Source of the DNA: Verrucomicrobiota bacterium
GTDB lineage: Bacteria; Verrucomicrobiota; Verrucomicrobiia; Limisphaerales; CANJSG01
Reading direction: 5' to 3'
DNA length: 25,501 nt
Assembly: GCA_038209745.1 (NCBI GenBank)
Contig: JBBQXJ010000070.1
Span: 1-25,501, forward strand
Shown piece after piece: positions 1-7,600 of this stretch (its first letter is position 1; the number at the start of each line of letters is the position of its first letter). The notes beneath the pieces were generated by a model, which saw only the letters and a list, made by a program, of their open reading frames with translations, ran no database searches and was not told where the DNA came from. The translations under genes were made by a program, and so were the position numbers.

Positions 1-1
1 G

Positions 2-1377
2 ACCCATCCCTATGACATCTATGCCGCCGCTCTAACAGAGCCGCTCCGCAGGACGCTTACGGTTGTCACGACACGGATGTTGAACAATTCAAACACCGTG
101 GTCGGGGTGCTCGTTTCTCGGCAGGGTTCGCACATACGAGAGTTTGGAATTTCCGAGGCCACGCCCCACTACCAGGCATCAACCCCAGCTCTGGCGTTCG
201 GCGGGACCAACTATCTCGTCACCTTTTTTAGCGGAGGCGACATCCGTGGCATGCGCGTGTCACGAGATGGCTCTCTATTAGATGGGCCCGACGGATTTCA
301 GATTTCGACCGGAGGCAATTCGGGTTCGCGCGCGCTTCCATCAGTCGCTTGGGACGGCGAGCGCTTTCTCGTAGTTTGGCAAAAATATGGGGAAGGAGTG
401 GAAGGCGAAAGTGTGATCAAGCAGATCCGCGGCGCGTTTGTCCATCGTGACGGCAGCGTGGGGCCAGAGATTGCCATCGGACCTGCGAATTTCGAAAAAA
501 CGAACAAGCCTACGCGTCCGTTGCTTTTGGAGACGGTCAGTACCTTGTCGTTTGGGAGGACAACCGTTGGGCTGTTCAACCCAGCTATGAATCCGACCTC
601 GTAGGTGCTCGTGTAAGTGTGGATGGCACTGTTTTGGATCCCGAAGGTATTGTCGTTTCGCGAGCTCCAGGAAATCAAATGCGCCCCCACATTGCGTTCG
701 GCGGGACAAACTTTTTCGTCGTATGGCAGAACGACCCGGACACCACCAATCAAGAATTGCAAATCTTCGGGACAAGGGTCTCCCGTGATGGAGCATTGGT
801 GGACAGTTTGGCAGCTCCTGACGGACGTCCTATTTGCACGAATTCGCCAGCTGGAGCGCCACGAGTGGAATTTGATGGAGAGCGATATGTCGTGACGTGG
901 ACTCTCGATGGATACGTAAGCAACAATTCCAAAGCTGGCATCTATTTGGCCCGATTCGATCTAGACGGAAACCTGATAGATGGGACTGATCCGAAAAACG
1001 CAGGAGTCCGAGTAGACGTAGCTGATCCGGACTGCTTCGCTTGCCGTTCTGTCTATTCTGACCTCGGTTTTGACGGGAGTAGCTACTTTGTCGTGAGTCT
1101 ATTAAATCGGGAGGTTTCTAACGGTCCTCTGAAGGAAATAATGGGGAAGCTGGTCGGACGGCAGGGAGTTCTTCACGACCCAAAAATCAGCAACGATGGC
1201 TGTCTCGAATTGCTGTTCGATAGAGAACTCGGGACAAAGTTTGTCCTTGAGGCGACTGAAGATTTTGGGTCTTGGCGAACGGTCGATGGACTCAGTTCCA
1301 CTAACCGCATGTTGCTCTTTCGTGATTGTTCTCCAAGAGGCCAAACCGACCGCTTCTACAGAGTCCGACAAGATTAG
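2..1377 (+). pseudogene. Frameshifted, 5'-partial secreted repeat protein with PxVAFxGxxYLVVW-type repeats and a C-terminal 'FYRVR' domain
   Basis: Frame 2 is open from the window start and gives the repeats STPALAFGGTNYLVTF and LPSVAWDGERFLVVWQ. After the A6 run at 495-500 the repeats continue in frame 1: YASVAFGDGQYLVVWED, RPHIAFGGTNFFVVWQ, PRVEFDGERYVVTW, SDLGFDGSSYFVVS, ending ...QTDRFYRVRQD* at 1377. One extra A joins the two ORFs (77..604 and 619..1377). This could be a sequencing error rather than a true pseudogene. Confidence 0.7.
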
Positions 1378-1441
1378 CAGAGAAATGGGTCAGTCTTTGT
1401 TCCAAATCGCTGTGACAGCTGACTTGGGGCAGAACCAGTGG

Positions 1442-1615
1442 CTAGCAGCCCAACAGACAAAAGACCGACTGCGTGACCTCCTCGGCCAAGTGGGCGTCGC
1501 CGAGCTGGCGGCGGGCGGCACTGAAAACCAGATCGACATGGCGCTTCACCAGTTCCGCAAAGGCGGTGTCGGAGCCGTCTTGGACGAATTCCCGGATCAG
1601 GTCGGCGTCGTGCAT
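1442..1615 (-). pseudogene. Truncated ECF-type sigma-70 factor (N-terminal region 2 fragment only, 57 aa)
   Basis: Manual translation from ATG at 1615: MHDADLIREFVQDGSDTAFAELVKRHVDLVFSAARRQLGDAHLAEEVTQSVFCLLGC*. The AFAELVxRH...V(F/Y)SAARRxLGDAHLAEEVTQxVF pattern is a typical ECF sigma region-2 start. It stops at TAG (1444-1442) with no region 4. It is too short for the ORF track. Confidence 0.85.
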
Positions 1616-1719
1616 GTTCAGAGAGAAGTTCCCGGTCGCGCGGCAAAGTAACAGGATTTGTTGTCTGGCTGGCTAAGGGGTTCTGCGGGCTTCAGATTCA
1701 GTCCTGTTTTGAACATCGC

Positions 1720-2610
1720 ATGAGACCCATTGGACATATTGCAGACGCGGGGCAGGCGCACCGGTTTTCCGACTATCTGGCGGCGAACGGCATGGCGACG
1801 GATCTGGATCGGGAGGCGGACGGGCGGTTCCTCGTGTGGGTCGTGGAGGAGGAACACATCGCGGAGGCGAAGGCGGCGTTGGCCGAGTTCGTGGCTTCGC
1901 CGGGGGCCCCGAAGTTCCTGGGGCATGCCGGCAGCGCCGAACGCAAGGAACGCGCCGAGGAGGAAAGCCAAGCGGCCTATGCGAAGCGGATCCGGACCCG
2001 CAAGAGCCTGATGCCACGGATGACCTCGCGCGGGGTCGGGCCGTTGACCTTCGCGCTGGTCGGCATCTGCGTCGCGGTGGCGGTGTATTCGATGCTCGGG
2101 TCGCGGCGGGAACTTCTGGAGAAGATGTTCATTGAAAATCCGGACCTGCCGGGGTTCCTGACCGCCGTGCGGCAGGGAGAGGTCTGGCGTCTGTGGTCGC
2201 CGATCTTCCTCCATTTCAGTTTGGCGCACATCGTCTTCAACATGATGTGGCTCTTCAATCTGGGGAGCATGATCGAAGGCCGTCTCGGCACGCGGACGCT
2301 GGCGTTGCTCGTGTTCGTGACGGGCCTGCTCTCGAATCTCGCCGAACGGATGTCGGGCAGCATCCATTTCGGTGGCATGTCGGGCGTGGTCTACGCGCTG
2401 ATCGGCTATGTGTGGATCCGGGGGAAATACGATCCGGCTTCGGGTGTCGGACTGGATCCGCAGAGCCGGATGATCAGCCTGGTCTGGCTGGTGGTCTGTA
2501 TGACCGGAATGGTGGGTCCGGTCGCCAACTACGCCCACTTTTCCGGACTGATCGTGGGAATGGCCTGGGGCTGGATCGCAGCTTCGACTTCCCGGCGCCG
2601 GCCGGAGTGA
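1720..2610 (+). CDS. glpG: Rhomboid-family intramembrane serine protease GlpG with N-terminal cytoplasmic domain
   Basis: WR motif (EVWRLWSPIFLHFSLAHIVFNMMWL), catalytic GMSG and NYAHFSG, about 6 hydrophobic segments, and a GlpG-like N-terminus (AHRFSDYLAANG). Confidence 0.9.
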   Translation: MRPIGHIADAGQAHRFSDYLAANGMATDLDREADGRFLVWVVEEEHIAEAKAALAEFVASPGAPKFLGHAGSAERKERAEEESQAAYAKRIRTRKSLMPRMTSRGVGPLTFALVGICVAVAVYSMLGSRRELLEKMFIENPDLPGFLTAVRQGEVWRLWSPIFLHFSLAHIVFNMMWLFNLGSMIEGRLGTRTLALLVFVTGLLSNLAERMSGSIHFGGMSGVVYALIGYVWIRGKYDPASGVGLDPQSRMISLVWLVVCMTGMVGPVANYAHFSGLIVGMAWGWIAASTSRRRPE

Positions 2611-2724
2611 TCCGGGAGGGGCAGGACTTCAGCCCGTGCAAAATCTTTTCTGGGTGATGGCAAGAAAGGGCCGATTGGGTTTTTGTTTGGTCAGACCAGT
2701 GGTCGGCTGTCCGTGCAATTCATC

Positions 2725-4098
2725 ATGAAGTCCCAAATTACGGTCGCGGAGTTCTTCGCCTTGTTGTTCGCCCGTTCACCCGCTCCCGGCGTCTTGGTCG
2801 TGGCCTCGGCGTTGGTCGCGGCATCCGCGTCGGCCAACGGCATCTATCACAACGGCTCCGGCGCGCGTGCGATGGCGCTCGGCGGCGCCGGCACGGTGGT
2901 GGAGGACGATCCTTTGAGCGCGATGGCGGCCAACCCGGCTTCGTTGACCACGGTCGCCGGTCCGGCCTTCAGTCTTGGAGCGGTCGGTTTGATCGCGGAG
3001 GGGAAGTTCAGCAACGCCGCAAACCCTTCCGGAGTGGATCTCGGGACGACCGCGGGCTTTGGCGGGGAATTGGCCCTGTCCATTCCGCTCTGCTCCCGTG
3101 CGACGATCGGCTTCGGGTTCACGCCTGAATCCACGCTGCGGGCGGAGTGGGCCTACAATGACACCAATCCCGGTGCCACCGGCAATGCGCTGGTGCCGGG
3201 CGGGGTCAGCTACGGATTCCAGAAACACGAGTCGGAGATCATCGTCCTGCGGACCGCGCTCGGCCTGGGCGTGAAGATCACCGAAGCGCTGTCGGTCGGG
3301 GCGAGCGTCGGTCTGCTCTACAACGACAACCGGCTGACGGCGCCGTATGTCTTCCAGAGCCACCCCGGGCTGGCCGGATTGAAGACCCTGCTCGATCTGA
3401 GCGCGGAGGGTCTCGGGTTCGACGGGCAGATTGGCGCGCTGTGGCGGCCCACGCCGGGCTGGAGTTTCGCCGTGGCTTGGAAGAGTCCGTCGGTCGTGCA
3501 TGCGAAGGGGAACGCGAACGGGGACGCCGGCACCCAGCTCGGGGCGCCCTCGGTCCCGTTCCACTACGACGCCGAGGTGCAGAACCATTTTCCGCAAACA
3601 GTCTCGCTCGGCACCGCTTGGAAACCGGCGGAACGCTGGCGGCTCCTCGGCCAGATCGATTGGATCAACTGGTCCGACGCGTTCGACGTGCTGCGGGTCC
3701 GGTTGAGCAATGGCGACAACTCGACGATCAACGGCGTGCTCGGCACGACGTCCTTGAACGACGACGCCCCGCTCCGCTGGCGGGACACGTATGTCTTCAG
3801 AACCGGCGCCGAATACGATCTGACCGATTCCATCACCCTGCGGGCCGGCTACAGCTACGGTCGCAGCCCGGTGCCGGATGAGACGCTCACGCCGCTGACC
3901 GCCGTGATCCTGGAACACACGATCGGTCTCGGAGCGGGTTGGCACCGCGGCCGTTGGCAGGTGGACGCCGCCTGGCAGTGGGACTTGCCGACCACCCGTG
4001 ACGTCGGAACGAGCGCGTTGCAGGCGGGCGAATACAGCAACAGCTCGGTCAAGGCGGGGATCCACACGTTGGCGCTGACGGGAACCGTGAGGTTCTGA
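2725..4098 (+). CDS. OmpP1/FadL-family outer-membrane transporter for hydrophobic compounds
   Basis: Signal peptide (...ASASA), then NGIYHNGSGARAMALGGA...AMAANPASL, amphipathic beta strands, W-RDT...GAEY...LRAGYSYGRSPVP, and a terminal Phe. ATG 2725 is preferred over TTG 2683. Confidence 0.85.
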   Translation: MKSQITVAEFFALLFARSPAPGVLVVASALVAASASANGIYHNGSGARAMALGGAGTVVEDDPLSAMAANPASLTTVAGPAFSLGAVGLIAEGKFSNAANPSGVDLGTTAGFGGELALSIPLCSRATIGFGFTPESTLRAEWAYNDTNPGATGNALVPGGVSYGFQKHESEIIVLRTALGLGVKITEALSVGASVGLLYNDNRLTAPYVFQSHPGLAGLKTLLDLSAEGLGFDGQIGALWRPTPGWSFAVAWKSPSVVHAKGNANGDAGTQLGAPSVPFHYDAEVQNHFPQTVSLGTAWKPAERWRLLGQIDWINWSDAFDVLRVRLSNGDNSTINGVLGTTSLNDDAPLRWRDTYVFRTGAEYDLTDSITLRAGYSYGRSPVPDETLTPLTAVILEHTIGLGAGWHRGRWQVDAAWQWDLPTTRDVGTSALQAGEYSNSSVKAGIHTLALTGTVRF

Positions 4099-4177
4099 GA
4101 ACAAGGCGAGCCGGGCAGAGACCGGCCACGATGCGCCTGCTTGCGGCGAGTTGAACGGCGGACCGTTCGGCACCGGA

Positions 4178-4888
4178 TCAACTGATCAGCAACAAGCGCG
4201 CGGGCTGGCCGGGAATCGATGCCGGTGCGCGGTGGATGCACGGGGGAACGGGACTGCCGGGATATTCCACGGCGATACGCCAGAGATGGCCGAGGCCGAA
4301 GGAAAACGGCTGCGCCCGCGGGTTCGGAGCGTAGTGGAGGTCGTAGCAGTTTTCGTTCAGGTATTCGAGGAAGTCGGCGTCGTCTTTCCCTCCGAAACAC
4401 CGGAGCAGTTCGGCGCGGGTTTCGGGGATGTCCACCCGCCGTTGCGCCTCGTCGTTGCGCAGCCCTTCGCTGGTGGGCCCGGTGTAGGTGCAAAGGTAGG
4501 TATCGGTGTCGGTCGTGGCGCTGTCCGCGTGGAACGAATAGACGTCCGTGCGCACGGCTCCCGGGTCATCGTCGCGCGGATAGTCCTGGATACAGTCGAG
4601 AATCGGGGCGAGCCCGTGGTCCCGGAGGAGTCGCTGGTCTGCCAGGAGGATTTCGATGGCGGCCAGACCCGCGACGCTCAGCGGGAGGCTGCGAAGTTGC
4701 GCCTCGTCGAGGTGGGCGATCCCGTCGACGGCACCGAGGCGTTCCACGACCTCGCCGAAGTCGCCCGCAAGGGTGCGCTGCCAGCAGAACGCGTTGACGC
4801 CGTCCCCAAACGGGGTCGTCACCAGTTCATGGAAGCTGCCCACCATCCGGATGCGGCTGTAGCTGGGAAGCGGGATCAAAGGAGTCAT
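4178..4888 (-). CDS. DUF1826-like protein (putative Fe(II)/2OG-type oxygenase fold)
   Basis: Motifs SFHAD...LCTYTGPTSE...IHRAP...RLLLIS (HxD...H triad) resemble DUF1826. Natural amino-acid composition, 236 aa. Confidence 0.7.
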   Translation of the reverse strand: MTPLIPLPSYSRIRMVGSFHELVTTPFGDGVNAFCWQRTLAGDFGEVVERLGAVDGIAHLDEAQLRSLPLSVAGLAAIEILLADQRLLRDHGLAPILDCIQDYPRDDDPGAVRTDVYSFHADSATTDTDTYLCTYTGPTSEGLRNDEAQRRVDIPETRAELLRCFGGKDDADFLEYLNENCYDLHYAPNPRAQPFSFGLGHLWRIAVEYPGSPVPPCIHRAPASIPGQPARLLLIS

Positions 4889-5116
4889 TTACGATTCAAG
4901 AACCGGCACGACATCGCACGAAAACGAGTTCGGCGCCGAGGTTGCCGGGGAAGAAAATGGCGAATCGGCCGGGCGGGGGGCAATCGTGAACTCCGGGTTT
5001 CCTCGGTTGCGGGTCGATTTGCGATGGATCTGATTTCTTGTCCGGGAAAGGGCTGGAGTGGTGAGGAATATCGCGTCTCCGTCCATTGCTGGCTTGCACT
5101 TCCGCCGGCCGACCTT

Positions 5117-7600
5117 ATGCAGCTCCGGTCGTATCCGGTGGACGCTCAAACCAAATCATCTCCGTTCGTGGCCGCTCTGGGCGTCGGCGCCTTCACCCAG
5201 GGTGTCTTGTCGGCTCTCAAAGCCGACGGCGCACGCGTGGCCACCTACCTGACCCGGGACTACGCGCACCACGGGCCGGGACTCGTCGGTCCGGTCTTCG
5301 ATTCGGCCCTGGAACCGAACCCGTGCCCGATCTTCCGCACGGACCGGCCGGATCTGGTCCTCCCCATGTCGATCGAGTGGCGGCGGAGTCCTTGGGCGGA
5401 CGAGTTTCTCACGCTCGGCATCCCGTTTCTCTGTCCGACAGGCGCGGGCCTGGATCTGGAGCTGGACCGGGACTTTGCCCGCCGGCTTTGTGAACGGTTC
5501 GGGGTGGCGTTTCCGACCGCCTTCGTGGCCCGGGACCAGGCCGAGGCCGAGGCGCTGGTGCGGCAACATGGGAAACCGTTTGTCCTGAAGAACCCGCGCT
5601 GTGGTCCGTCCACTCCGATCCACACGATCGTCTGCGAAACGGTCGAGGACACGCTGGGCTGGCTGCCACGGCTGGACTACGCGGACGGCGTCTTTTTGCA
5701 GGAATACCTCGGACGCGCCGAGGCCGGGCACATCGCGCTGGTCAGCGCGGGCGAGATCCATTCGCTGGTCACGAACCAGGAATACAAACGGGCTTTCGAT
5801 GGCGACATGGGGGTGGTGGCGGGTGCGCCGATGGGCGGCTTGATCGAGCGGGATCCGGAGGATCGCCATGGGCTGTGCCGCGACCTGCTCCGGCCGCTGC
5901 TGCCTTGGTTTCGCGAGGTGGACTTCCATGGTCCGGTGCAGGTGACGGCGATCCGCCATGGGGGCCGGTGGCACGTGCTGGAATACAATGTGCGACTCGG
6001 CATCACTTCCGGACCGATGATCTGCCGGATGCTGGCGAATCCGTTGGAGACTTTGATGGCCTGTGCGCGGAACGAAGCGTTGTCGCCGCAATGGCGCGAA
6101 GGTCGGCGCTTCGGTTGTTCGGTGACGCTGGCGGGCTACGGCTATCCCTTCACGAAGATGGAGGGGCCGCGAGTGCCAGTCGTTCGTAGGCCGGCCATCC
6201 TCGTCCGGCCAGAAACTGCGAAGAACTTGCCGGATAAGGATACGGAAGTTCTCTGGAACGAAGTCGCCCTGTCGGAAGCGGGCGAGCTCGAGGCGACGGG
6301 TCATCGGCTCTGCGACGTGGCGTCATTGGCTCCGACGCTGTCGGCGGCGATTGCCTTAACCTATGCCGAGATCGGCCAATGGCGCAGCCTCGGCAGCTAC
6401 TTTCGGCGCGACGTCGGGCAGTCGCTCTGGCCGCCGGGTGTGGGCGCGGCGGGTCCCCGGGTGGAAACGGTGCCGGTGCGGGCCGCCTGGATCGAGATCG
6501 ACCACGCCCAGTTGCAGCGGAACTTCGAAGCGATTGTTGAGCGGGCCCGGGAAGCGAATCCGGACCAGCCTGCCCAGATCCTCTTCGTCGTGAAGGATGA
6601 CGGGTTCGGCCACGGCGCGGTCCAGACTTCGCACACGGCGTTGGCCTCGGGCGCCTCGCGATTGGCGGTCGCGACGGTGGGCGAGGCTTTGGAGTTGAGG
6701 CAGGGCGGCATCGACGCGCCGATCCTGGTCTATGGCGAACGTTCGCCGGATGAACTGGTCGAGTGCCTGAAGCACGGTCTGACCGTCTGCGTGAACGATC
6801 TGGCGACGCCGAACCTCCTCGGAAAACTCGCCATGGAACTGGGAATGAAAGCCCGCGTTCACCTGAAGATGAGCACCGGTATGAACCGGCACGGAGTCGA
6901 TTGGGAATCGGTGGCGGAGATCGGAGCCGCAGTCGGGCGGATTCCCGGGATCGAGATCGAGGGCGTGTTCAGCCACTTCGTCATGGCGGACGCGGCGGAT
7001 CATACGGTGTCGCTGGAGCAGGTGGAGCGGTTCCGCCAGGCGGTCGGCCGATTGAAGAACGCGGGGGTGCGGCCCGTGCTGCGGCATCTCTGCAACTCGG
7101 GCGGTTTCCTTAATTTTCCCCAGGCACACTTCGACATGGTCCGGCTGGGGATCCTGCCGCTGGGTTGGTATCCGTCGGACGATCTGCCCGAGGTGCATGG
7201 ATTGGCCCCGATCATGTCGGTCAAGGCGCGCGTCGCCTTGGTGCGGGAGATAGCGGCCGGCCAGACCGTCGGCTACGGCCGTCGTTATCGGGCCGAAAAA
7301 ACGCGGCGGATCGCAGTGCTGCCGATCGGCTTCGGCGACGGATATCCGCGCCTTTTGAACACGGGCTGTGTCCTCCTGCATGGCCGGCGCGTGCCGATTC
7401 GCGGCGGAGTGACGATGGACGCCATCATGGTCGACGTGACCGACCTGCCCGAAGTCGTGGCGGGCGACGAAGCCGTGTTGATGGGCGGCCAGGGCGGTGA
7501 ACAGATCTCGGTCCACGAGCTGGCCGGCGCCGCCAACACGGTGTCCTATGACATTCTCGTTCGTTGGAGCAGCCGGATGGAGCGGATTCATTTGCGATGA
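5117..7600 (+). CDS. alr: Fusion protein: divergent PurD(GARS)-like ATP-grasp ligase (about 5117-6420) plus alanine-racemase-family PLP enzyme (about 6478-7600)
   Basis: N-terminal part: PFVLK, FLQEYLG, QEYKRAFDGDMG, VLEYNVRLG, AGYGYP and YFRRDVG, collinear with PurD. C-terminal part: AWIEID..L.RN, VVKDDGFGHG (PLP Lys at 6593), HLKMSTGMNR, GVFSHF, HLCNSG, VGYGRRY, VTMD, TVSYDIL. No stop lies between the two parts. The start is ATG 5117 or GTG 5138; the track's extension to 4151 is antisense to the DUF1826 gene. The symbol applies to the C-terminal domain only. Confidence 0.85.
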   Translation: MQLRSYPVDAQTKSSPFVAALGVGAFTQGVLSALKADGARVATYLTRDYAHHGPGLVGPVFDSALEPNPCPIFRTDRPDLVLPMSIEWRRSPWADEFLTLGIPFLCPTGAGLDLELDRDFARRLCERFGVAFPTAFVARDQAEAEALVRQHGKPFVLKNPRCGPSTPIHTIVCETVEDTLGWLPRLDYADGVFLQEYLGRAEAGHIALVSAGEIHSLVTNQEYKRAFDGDMGVVAGAPMGGLIERDPEDRHGLCRDLLRPLLPWFREVDFHGPVQVTAIRHGGRWHVLEYNVRLGITSGPMICRMLANPLETLMACARNEALSPQWREGRRFGCSVTLAGYGYPFTKMEGPRVPVVRRPAILVRPETAKNLPDKDTEVLWNEVALSEAGELEATGHRLCDVASLAPTLSAAIALTYAEIGQWRSLGSYFRRDVGQSLWPPGVGAAGPRVETVPVRAAWIEIDHAQLQRNFEAIVERAREANPDQPAQILFVVKDDGFGHGAVQTSHTALASGASRLAVATVGEALELRQGGIDAPILVYGERSPDELVECLKHGLTVCVNDLATPNLLGKLAMELGMKARVHLKMSTGMNRHGVDWESVAEIGAAVGRIPGIEIEGVFSHFVMADAADHTVSLEQVERFRQAVGRLKNAGVRPVLRHLCNSGGFLNFPQAHFDMVRLGILPLGWYPSDDLPEVHGLAPIMSVKARVALVREIAAGQTVGYGRRYRAEKTRRIAVLPIGFGDGYPRLLNTGCVLLHGRRVPIRGGVTMDAIMVDVTDLPEVVAGDEAVLMGGQGGEQISVHELAGAANTVSYDILVRWSSRMERIHLR

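Noticed and set aside
28..105. Possible integron attC-like site (CTCTAAC...GTTGTCACG and an imperfect hairpin at about 70-103)
   Set aside because: No matching GTTRRRY end box at a proper complementary position, no second attC and no integrase. The region is also an open frame continuous with the repeat protein.
4151..5116. N-terminal 322 aa of the 1149-aa ORF, suggesting a three-part giant fusion
   Set aside because: It is the antisense shadow of the DUF1826-like gene plus intergenic DNA. Recognisable PurD-like sequence starts only after about 5117.
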